DNA of 64,000 nucleotides, taken from assembly GCA_017625035.1 (NCBI GenBank), contig JAGALX010000014.1, positions 9,437-73,436 of the forward strand, in the 5' to 3' direction. Origin of the DNA: Clostridia bacterium (GTDB lineage: Bacteria; Bacillota; Clostridia; TANB77; CAG-508). Under the pieces are notes generated by a model that saw only the letters and a list, made by a program, of their open reading frames with translations, was not told the origin of the DNA and searched no databases. Every line of letters starts with the position of its first letter. Position 1 is the first letter of the stretch. The position numbers and the translations under genes are program-made. Shown here in pieces: positions 27,674 to 37,500 of this stretch.

Positions 27674-28192
27674 TTATTTATTCAAAACATTTGCTATTCC
27701 ATCAGAAATTATTTTTGATAAATATATAACTTCATTTAAGGATACATTTTGTAATGTTTTAAAATTTAGTTCATTATCATTATAGTCTTTACCAACAACA
27801 ACTTTTATACCAATATCTCCAACACTTTTCTTCTTTTTATTAAGACCTTTGCCTATAAGTATTCCACTATCTTCCACAAATATTTTTCCTATATTTTTTT
27901 CATCAGATAATGCTGCATCAACTGCTATTATAAATGGATTTTTAAATTTTGAATTTATTTCATTAATTTTTTTATTCATATTATTAAATGTTAAATTTTC
28001 TTGTAAATCTCCATATATATTTTCAGAATTAATTCTATTTTTCAATAAAGATCCTGTGATTGGCCCTATACAATCTCCAATTACTCTATCTGTTCCTATG
28101 CAACAAAAAATAATATTATTTTTATTTTGTAGTATGCTAATTTTTTCTTCTAAGTTCTTTATATATTCAATATATAAATTGTTTTCTTGCAA
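27674..28192 (-). CDS. yyaC: YyaC-family putative sporulation protease (DUF1256)
   Basis: CCIGTDRVIGDCIGPITGSLL motif. TTG start after GGAGG. Confidence 0.65.
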   Translation of the reverse strand: MQENNLYIEYIKNLEEKISILQNKNNIIFCCIGTDRVIGDCIGPITGSLLKNRINSENIYGDLQENLTFNNMNKKINEINSKFKNPFIIAVDAALSDEKNIGKIFVEDSGILIGKGLNKKKKSVGDIGIKVVVGKDYNDNELNFKTLQNVSLNEVIYLSKIISDGIANVLNK

Positions 28193-28330
28193 ATTTTTTC
28201 CTCCAGTTAATGTATTTATATAATAAGAATATGTAAATTTTTATTTAATATTCTACAATTTACTAATCGTATTATTTGAAATGAAATAAAAAATTAGTTT
28301 ACTAAAATTGTACTCTTCACTAGAAAAAAT

Positions 28331-28362
28331 AAAAAAGTTCCGCTTACAAAGCGAAACTTTTT
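28331..28362 (-). terminator. Terminator after tsf
   Basis: AGTTTCGC-TTTGTAA-GCGGAACT followed by a T-run on the minus strand. Confidence 0.6.
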
Positions 28363-28366
28363 TATT

Positions 28367-29248
28367 TTATCCTTTAATTTGTTTTGCAACTTCTTCAGCA
28401 AAGTTTTCTTCTTTCTTTTCGATTCCTTCACCTTTTTCTAATCTTGCAAATCTAACTATTTTAGCATTTTTTTCTTTTAATAATTGAGATATTTTTATGT
28501 CTGGATTTTTAACAAATTCTTGGTCTACTAAACAAATTTCTCCGTAGAATTTACCAATTCTTCCTTGAACCATTTTTTCTGCTATTGCAGCTGGTTTACC
28601 TTCGTTCATAGCTTGAACTTTTAGTATTTCCATTTCTTTTTCTACTCTTTCAGCTGGAACTGATTCTCTATCTAAGTATTCTGGTTTAGCAGCAGCTATT
28701 TGCATACAAATATCTTTTGCAAGTTCACTATTACCATTTTCTAATTCTACTAAAACAGCTATTTTTCCATCTCCGTGAATATATTTTTCAACTAATCCTG
28801 TTGATTCGAATCTTTCAAATCTTCTTATTGACATATTTTCACCGATTGTTGCTATTTTGTTTGTTAATACTTCTTGAACTGTTTTGTCAGCATCAGAAAT
28901 TGATTTTTGTGCTAATAATTCTTCTATATTTGCTGGATTATTTACAGCTATTTGTTTTGCTATTTCACTAACAAATGATTTGAATTCAGCATTTGCAGAT
29001 ACGAAATCTGTTTCTGCATTTACTTCTACTACTGCACCTACTTTTCCATCTTCTGAAATGTAAGCATCTACTAATCCTTCTGCAGCAATTCTGTCTGATT
29101 TTTTAGCAGCTTTTGCTATTCCTCTTTCGCGTAATAGCTCTATTGCTCTTTCCATATCTCCATTAGTTTCTGTTAAAACTTTTTTGCAGTCCATCATACC
29201 TGCACCTGTTTTTTCTCTTAAATCTTTTACTTGGCTTGCTGTTACCAT
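28367..29248 (-). CDS. tsf: Translation elongation factor Ts
   Basis: [25 protein letters not shown]; 293 aa, downstream of rpsB. Confidence 0.95.
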   Translation of the reverse strand: MVTASQVKDLREKTGAGMMDCKKVLTETNGDMERAIELLRERGIAKAAKKSDRIAAEGLVDAYISEDGKVGAVVEVNAETDFVSANAEFKSFVSEIAKQIAVNNPANIEELLAQKSISDADKTVQEVLTNKIATIGENMSIRRFERFESTGLVEKYIHGDGKIAVLVELENGNSELAKDICMQIAAAKPEYLDRESVPAERVEKEMEILKVQAMNEGKPAAIAEKMVQGRIGKFYGEICLVDQEFVKNPDIKISQLLKEKNAKIVRFARLEKGEGIEKKEENFAEEVAKQIKG

Positions 29249-29400
29249 TATAATAACCCCTTTCTGTTATTTTATTTTTATTATAGATTTTTTCTATAAT
29301 TTTATTTTTAAATTTAAAAATAGCTCCCACAATTATTTTTATAATGTAGGAGCAAATATATATCCGCCCTAGATTAAATTAGGACTGTATTTACTTAAAA

Positions 29401-30180
29401 TTATTCAGCTGATTCTGCAGCAACAACTTCTTCCATAGTTGCAGGTGCTTCTGTAGTTTCTTCGAAGTTTACTTCTGTTTCTATAGTATCTTCTGCTTCA
29501 CCTTGTCTTCCTTCGATAACTGCATTTGCCATTGTATCTGCTATTAATTTTACAGCACGGATTGCATCATCATTTCCAGGAATTGCATAATCAACATCTT
29601 CTGGGTTACAGTTTGTATCAACTAACCCTACTACTGGGATGTTTAATTTTCTAGCTTCTAATATAGCTATTCTTTCTTTTTTAGGATCTACTACAAATAA
29701 AACTCCAGGAATTTCTGTCATGTCTTTAATTCCTCCAAGATTTTTTTGTAATTTTTCCATTTCTTTTTTAAGTATTATAACTTCTTTTTTAGGTAATACA
29801 TCAAATGTACCATCTTCTTGCATTGTTTCTAATTCGTTAAGTCTTTCAACTCTTCTTCTTATTGTACCAAAGTTTGTTAGCATTCCTCCTAACCATCTTT
29901 GGTTAACATAGTACATTCCGCTCTTTTCTGCTGCTTCTTTCATGCATTCTTGAGCTTGTTTTTTAGTTCCTACGAAAAGAACTTTTTTTCCTTCTTCTGC
30001 TTGACTTCTCATGAATTCATATGCTTCATCTACTTTTTTTGAAGTCTTTTGTAAATCGATTATATGGATTCCGTTTCTAGCTTGGAATATATATTCTGCC
30101 ATTTTTGGATCCCATCTTCTAGTTTGATGTCCGAAATGAACACCTGCTTCTAGTAATTGTTTCATTGCAACTACTGCCAT
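29401..30180 (-). CDS. rpsB: 30S ribosomal protein S2
   Basis: [27 protein letters not shown] after AGGAGGAAATAAAA. The ORF-track start at 30321 is an upstream extension. Confidence 0.95.
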   Translation of the reverse strand: MAVVAMKQLLEAGVHFGHQTRRWDPKMAEYIFQARNGIHIIDLQKTSKKVDEAYEFMRSQAEEGKKVLFVGTKKQAQECMKEAAEKSGMYYVNQRWLGGMLTNFGTIRRRVERLNELETMQEDGTFDVLPKKEVIILKKEMEKLQKNLGGIKDMTEIPGVLFVVDPKKERIAILEARKLNIPVVGLVDTNCNPEDVDYAIPGNDDAIRAVKLIADTMANAVIEGRQGEAEDTIETEVNFEETTEAPATMEEVVAAESAE

Positions 30181-30310
30181 TTTTATTTCCTCCTTTTTGT
30201 TTTTACCTCCATAGAATTTTATGCATTGAAAAAGACTTATTTTTAAGCACATTTTTTCAACTAGTTCTATGTGTGTTTTTGTAACGTTAATTATTATATC
30301 AGCATAAAAG

Positions 30311-30350
30311 GGAAAAAGCAAGCATTTTCCGAAAAAAATGCTTGCTTTTT
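30311..30350. terminator. Hairpin terminator downstream of the GC-rich gene
   Basis: AAGCAAGCATTTT / AAAATGCTTGCTT 13-bp stem flanked by T/A runs. Confidence 0.55.
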
Positions 30351-30357
30351 GATGTCA

Positions 30358-30759
30358 TCATTCCCTAATCTTCTTTGGGGTTGCAAAGCATGCACCCCAA
30401 ATTGAAGCTGTTGCTGAGAAGATTCCTCCAGCCAGCAAAAAGTCTTCATAGGTTGCCTGTGGATTCACAGGTGCAATTGGCATACAAGCCCCCCCTACCA
30501 GACATAAAACTATCCCGACAACTACGTCCAGAATAATTTCAAGTGCTGGAGCAGAACGTTCGGATCCCAGGAACGCGGCTCCAATTATTGGCACCCAGAA
30601 TAAAATTGATATTACAGGTGCCTTAATATATAGGAATACCACTTCCCCTGTAAAGAACCCGATAGATGCGAGGAGCATCATCATGCCACCGCCCATAACG
30701 GTTCCCAGTACAACCCGCCCAGACCGATTACATATCGATTGGGTCAGCGGACCTTTCAT
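30358..30759 (-). CDS. Small polytopic membrane protein encoded by a compositionally foreign (~47% GC) cassette
   Basis: 133 aa with about 4 TM helices and its own AAGGAGGA RBS. Codon usage is unlike its neighbours and includes two in-frame CGG codons (30715-30717, 30724-30726). Confidence 0.6.
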   Translation of the reverse strand: MKGPLTQSICNRSGRVVLGTVMGGGMMMLLASIGFFTGEVVFLYIKAPVISILFWVPIIGAAFLGSERSAPALEIILDVVVGIVLCLVGGACMPIAPVNPQATYEDFLLAGGIFSATASIWGACFATPKKIRE

Positions 30760-30902
30760 TGAGAGTCCTCCTTTCTTACTTTGCTAAGTAGCAAATTAAT
30801 TATAATTTATAGTACCATATTTTTATGTAAATTGCAAATCAAAAAAATTTGGTATATACAAATCAATCATATATACCATCATATTTTTTTATTTAAATTT
30901 TC

Positions 30903-31454
30903 TTACAAACTATACCACTGCCCATTATATTTAAACACAGTATGTTTTCTATTACTTTCTATAGAACTTTTATCTCCACTATACTTTACTTTTACATTTA
31001 CACTATAAGCCTCTGATAAATCAACATTTATGCCATAGTTTGTTTTAAAATCTGCTTTTAGATTTTCTATTTCATTTGCAGAATAAGATATAGCATCGCC
31101 TATTTCGTATGAAAGTGTTATATTTTCTCCACAAACATCTTTGTTTTGCTCATAATAATTGTTTAAATCTTCGGCTGAAAATTGTGAACCTATTTGCATA
31201 AAATCTGGATATGCTTTTATAAATGTTTCAAAGTTTTTGTTTTGAATTCCATTGTAGTAATATGCTACTGGTAATTCATAATCTTTATAGTTAGATGTGT
31301 TTAATTCTACATTAGTATTTAAATTGTTATTGTTTTTATTTTTATTTTTTTGTAATATATTTTTACACATAACTATAACAACTATAATAACAGCTATAAA
31401 TATTAACATCAGTACTATCTTAGGTATTCGTATTTGTTTTTTTCTTCTTGCCAT
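30903..31454 (-). CDS. Hypothetical membrane-anchored protein
   Basis: MARRKKQIRIPKIVLMLIF... with one TM helix and an extracytoplasmic domain. RBS is AAAGGAGAAG. Confidence 0.5.
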   Translation of the reverse strand: MARRKKQIRIPKIVLMLIFIAVIIVVIVMCKNILQKNKNKNNNNLNTNVELNTSNYKDYELPVAYYYNGIQNKNFETFIKAYPDFMQIGSQFSAEDLNNYYEQNKDVCGENITLSYEIGDAISYSANEIENLKADFKTNYGINVDLSEAYSVNVKVKYSGDKSSIESNRKHTVFKYNGQWYSL

Positions 31455-31570
31455 TGTATCTTCTCCTTTAATTTTTTTATATGCTATCACATATATTTTA
31501 AAATTGCAAGAAATACTATTATTTCTTGCAATTTTATTTCATACTTATTACTTGTCAAAGCTTATTTTAA

Positions 31571-34500
31571 TTACTTATTCTTATATGAATTAATAATTAT
31601 CAATTTTCTTAATTCGTATAATTTATTGTTATTCGTAAGTTCAGCATCTGTATACCCTTTTTCTATTTTTAAATAACTTTCAAATTCCTCTTCTCTTTCT
31701 TGTATAGCTGGATAATTTAAAATATCTAATTCTCCATTTAATATTGATTTATATAATACATAATCACTAGAATTTAGGCCGTTATCGCAAGTAAAATCTC
31801 CTGGTTCAAATGAATCTGCTATATCTTCTATTGCTGTTATGAAAAAAGCTATTTCACCTAATGGAGTTTCTATTGTTACTATAATTCGATTTACATTTGA
31901 ATCAGCATATTCATCTTCTAATTCATCTAAACTTTTTAAGAATGTTATATATTTATTATTTTCTATCATATAATCTGTATTTTTTAAATCTATATAAGTA
32001 GTCTTATCTCTGTTTGTTAATTGCACTTTGCTTATTTTTGCATATTCTAGACCTTCAGTTTGTATATCAATAGGAATTTCTGTTTTTATGTTAGATACCA
32101 TAGATAATCGATTTGTATATATTTCTGAATAGATATTGTAGGCTTCTTTTTCGACAGGTAAACAATCTATTGCCTCTATAATATACTTCAGTAATATGTC
32201 CACGTCTATTGGGTTTATAGTTTTACTTTCATTAAGATCAGCAGCTTTAAATTGGATATCATTATATGATAAAATTCCGCTAGATATTTGATTTATATAG
32301 ACTTGATCTATAAGGCTTACCGTTCCATCTAAATTAACGTCTCCATAAACAAAATTTAATTCATCATAATACATATTAGTTTCTATCTCACAAATAATAT
32401 CTTCTATATTGGTATTTTTTCCTTCAATTCTACAATATTTTATTCCTCTTGCTACCCACTTACTATAGTTTTCTGATAATTTTATTTGATAAATTGAACT
32501 GATATCTAAATCTATGTCAAAGTATATTGCTTGTGTTTTTCCTTTTAATTCTCCATTATACCAATATATATTGGCTGGAACGTCTGAAGATGTGTTATCT
32601 ACTATTTCAATAGCATATTTTCCTCCACCAATATATAGCTCTGGTCTACTTGTTTCATCACTTTCAAACTCTATAGTTCCATTATTATATTTACTTTGAG
32701 ATACATATATTTTTTCGTCTGTGCTATTTCCTATTTTTATATTACCCTTTGTTTGTATTGTAGCTTTATCTGAATCTGTTGAAGTTACTTTTACACTACT
32801 ATTTGTATCTTCATTTATATAAATATTAATAGGTCCAGTTCCGTTATTTTCTATTGCACTATATGTACCATTTATAGTTCCACCATTAATAGTTAATCTT
32901 GCATTTCCTTGCATAGTAATTACTTTTGTCGTAAGATTTATTGAACCGCTTCCTTTTGAATCAGTAATTGTCATATTTGAATTATTCTTTAATGCAAATG
33001 CGCTATCTGTTCCTGCTTTTCTTATTGAGTAACCGTTTAAATCTAATGTAACTTTATCAGATACTGATATAGCTGTTCCAACTGAAGCAGTTGAAGAGCT
33101 GACTTTATAGAAACGTTTTTCATCAGATATATTTTTTAATAACATTATTGTATCTGTATCATTTGCTTTATTTATTGCTGATGTTACAGTTGAATGTCTA
33201 GTTACTGTTGTTATTCCGTTTTCAATACTTATAACCTGTGCTACAGAATTATCTTCTACTTGTATGTCTGTTTGTGCTTTTACTTCTCCACCATAATTTC
33301 CTGACACTGTTGCAGTTAATGTTATTTTTGCTGTTCCTTCTGTTATTCCAGTTACTAAACCTGTATTTGGGTTAACAGTTGCTATATCTTCATCTTCTGA
33401 ATCCCATTTATATGTAACTTGTGCTCCGGATATCGGTGAAGGAGAAATTGATGAAGTTAAACTTACTGTATTAGGCTCTCCTATTTCAGAGTATCCTGGT
33501 GAGTAAATTTTATCATTACCAGTAATTGATGCTCCAATTACATTGACTGTTACTGTTACAGTATTTCCACCTGCTACATTATCAGTTACAGTTATTGTTG
33601 TTTCTCCTGCTGATTTTATTGTAACTTGTCCATTGCTATTTACTGTTGCAACATTTGTATTGCTAGAAGTCCATGTAAATGAAGCTTCTGATGATGTTCC
33701 TGTTGCTTTTAATGCTATAGGTGTATGACCTACTACTGTATCTATTTTAGCATTTGTTAAGATATCACCATATTGCCCCTCAATTGTTGTGCTAGATTTA
33801 CTAACAACAATAGTTCTTGTTCTTGATATTGTTGCATTACCTTTTGTTAATGTTACAGTTAATACTGCTCTTCCTACACCTTTAGCAGTTATAAGTCCAC
33901 TATTATTTACTGTAAATATGCTATCATTTGAACTTTCATATTTTAAAGTATATCCTGTTAAATCAATAGGTGCTATATTTGTATTTACTCCTGTCATTTC
34001 ACCAACAACTAATGAAGTAACTGAATCTATAGTTAAATCTATTACTGTTACATTAACTATAGTTTGTTTATTAGTTGTTGTGTTTACAGCAGTTAATGTT
34101 GTTGTTCCAGAAGTTAGACCTTTTATCGAAACAGTTCCATCTGTATTTTTAGTTACTTGAGCTTTAGTATCACTTACCTTCCAATTTATTTTAGTTTTAT
34201 CTCCATTATATTCAAATGGTACACTTAGTGTTTGATTTACTGCAACAACAATTTCATCTTCGTTTATTATTACATCATCTGTTACAGTTACTGTACATGT
34301 ATTTGAAATTTTTGTTCCTTTTATTGTTGCTGTTATTGTTGCTGTTCCTACTTTTTTACCTGTTACAATTCCTGTTGAAGTTCCTACTTCTGCTACTGAT
34401 GTGTCACTAGATTCCCATGTTACTCCATAAGATTCTAGTATTGTAGGATTTATTGTTCTTGGAACTTCTTTTGTTGCACCAACTTTTACGGTAGTATTTG

Positions 34501-37500
34501 TAAGTATTATTTCGCCTACTATTACTTTAACTGTTATTGTTGATGTTTCTCCAGATTCATATTGAACTGTTATTGTTGCTTCTCCTACACTATTACCTGT
34601 TACAAGTCCTGTTTCATTTACTGTTGCAACTGAACTATTTGATGTTTCATAAGATAATATATCTTTACTTGCATTTGTTGTTATTTGCGATGTTCCATCT
34701 ACTGCTAATATTATAGTATCTTTTGATGTTAAATTAAGTTCTGGATTTACGGTAATTGTTTTTGTTGCTTTTATATTTGTTGGATTTCCATCTTTATCTA
34801 ACACTACAGCAGTTATTGTTGTTGTTCCTTGTGCTATTCCTGTTACTCTTCCGCTAGGATCTACTGTTGCTTTTGATGGATCACTTGATGTCCAACTTAC
34901 TCTATTATTTTTTATTGCATCTGGACCTATTGTTGGAGTAATTGTAGTATATTTTCCTACTTCTACTTGGTTATCTCCTGCTAATGTAATGTCTCCTACT
35001 ATTACATTTGCTGTATCAGATTGTCCTGTAACCTTATTTTTTGCTGTAACTACTGCTGTTCCTACTTTATTATTTGCAGTAATTGTTCCATTGCTAACAG
35101 TAGCTATGTCCGTTGAACTCATTGACCATTGTATATCAGCAGAGTCTCCATCATATTCATATGGTACTGTTCCTTTTTCACCTTTTGCTAGAAGAATATC
35201 TTCTGCTGTTATAATTATGTCATCTTTAACTGTTATTGTACACTCATTAGATACAATATCTGTTCCAGCAATTCTTGCTGTTATTTTTGCTGTACCTACA
35301 CCTTGAGCAATTACTAATCCCGTTGAACTTCCTACTTCTGCTACTGATGGATTACTTGATGACCATACGATTCCATATGTTTCTAATGTCGTTGGTGTTA
35401 CTGTTTTATTTATTTGTGCAAAATTTCCTAATTTCATTTTACGACTTTCATCTATTTTTAAAGTTCCTACTATTACAGTTACTTTTATTGTTGATGTTTC
35501 TCCTGATTTGTATTTTACTGTAACATATGTTGTTCCAGCTTTATTACCAGTAACTACACCTTCGTTATCTACATCAGCTATTGAATCATCTGCAGATGTA
35601 AATGATAATAATTCATCATTTAATCCTGAATTATTTGTAATATCTATTGTTCCGCCAACCTTTAATATTATAGTATCACTTACATTTAAATCAAGTTTTG
35701 GATTTACTGTAATTTCTTTTTTTGCCTTTACATTAGTTGGATTTCCATTATTATCTAACATTGTAGCTGTTATTGTTGTTGTTCCTTGTGCTATTCCTGT
35801 TACTCTTCCATTTGAGTCTACTGTTGCTACTGATGTATCACTTGATGACCAAACTACTCTATTATTTTTTAAAGAATCTGGTTTTATACTTGCAGTTAGT
35901 GTTGTTTCTTGTCCAACTTCAACAGAGTCTTTTCCTGTTAATTCAATTGAAGCTACTGTTACTTGAACATCTTTAGTTTGTCCATCTGGTGTTGTTACTG
36001 TTATAGTTGTTTCACCTTCTTTTACTCCGGTTACTACACCTGTTTTTTCTCCTACAGTTGCAATAGTTGTACTGTTAGATTTAAATGTTAATTGTGAATT
36101 ATCGTAATTTGTTTGTATTGTTTCTGTTTTACCTTTTGGAACTATTAATGTATCACCTGATGTTATTTCTAATTCTTTTTTAATAGTTACTTCACATGTT
36201 GCTGTTATTCCTGTTTCGCCATATTCTGCTATTAATGTTACTTTACCAGTTTGTTCTCCTGCTGTTAATATTGCACTTTCTCTTCCACTAGCTTTTATTG
36301 TTGCATCTTTTGCTACTGTGTTTTTATCATCTATACTCCATTTTACTGTTTCATTTTTGATTAATAATGCTGATGGAGCTAGGCTTTCTACATTAATTCT
36401 TGTAGATTCATTTTGGAAAATTTCATTTTGTTCTGGTACTATTGTCATTTTTCCTACAATAACAGTTATATTAATTACTTCTGTAACTCCATTTTTGTAA
36501 CTTATTTTAATTGTTGCTACACCTGTTTTGTTAGCAGCGTCTATATTTATTTTTCCATCTGTTGGTTGAACACCATCTAAACATTCATCATTATCTATAA
36601 TTTCAACATTTAATATATCTCCATTTACATTTGTTGATAATGTTCTTATTGTATCAGCATTCATTATTATTTCAGTTTTATCTGTTATTTTATCTCCAGT
36701 TTCATCATCTGCTATATCTAATTTTGGATTTACAGTTATTTCCATTGTAGCTTTAACTGCTGTTTTGCTTCCATCGCTTGCACATAATGTTGCTGTTAAT
36801 GTTGTTTTTCCTTCTTTTACTCCATGTACTTTTCCATTTTCATCAACTGTTGCTATTTCTGGGTTTTCTGTTTCCCATTTTATTGCATTTGATTTTAGAT
36901 CTGTTGGATAAATGTTTGCTACTATATCTTCTATGTCTAATCCTTCTTCAACTGTGTTTGTTCCAGCTAATTCTATTTTTGCAACATATACTTTTACTGG
37001 ATCACTTTCTACACCTTTATCAGTTGTTGTTGCTTTTATAGTTGTATTACCTTGTTGCTCTTTGGCTGTAGTTATTTTTCCTATAGTATCTTCAATTCCT
37101 TCTACAGTTGCAATATTTTCATTTTCAGAACTCCATTCTACTGCTGAAGTTGAATCTTCAGGATCATATTCTACTCCCATATAATATGTAGAATTATTTG
37201 GTAAAATTAATGTTCCATCTACTATTGGATATACACTACCATCTATTATATTGTCATCTTTATTTGGATCATTTACATCATTTGGATTTTTTCCTATTAC
37301 ATCTTTAATTTCTGATGCACTTTTTATAACTCTAACAACTACGTCTTTTGTAAATCCTGGTAATTCTGGATTTTTATTTGTTACTGTAACTGTTACTTTT
37401 ACATCTTTATCAGTTACTTTTAAGCCTTCTACCGTAACAGTTTTAGCTGTTGTATCTGATGTGTCTGTAAATTTAATTTCATCTCTACCATCTTCAATTT

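Noticed and set aside
29401-30321. ORF-track N-terminal extensions (rpsB to 30321, htpG to 20735, yqfC to 6784, WG-repeat to 52093, response regulator from 12614, smc to 44193, asnS from 20985, holin-like from 58410)
   Set aside because: Internal starts with proper Shine-Dalgarno spacing give N-termini matching the conserved protein families. The extensions run through terminators, promoters or neighbouring genes.
30715-30726. In-frame CGG codons in the GC-rich gene as further frameshift sites
   Set aside because: The frame stays open and membrane-protein-like through both codons (followed by T and G, not A). They are recorded as partial counter-evidence to CGG being undecodable, not as recoding sites.
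34030-35950. Periodic nucleotide repeats considered as CRISPR or satellite
   Set aside because: They are in-frame Big_2 domain super-repeats of a coding sequence.
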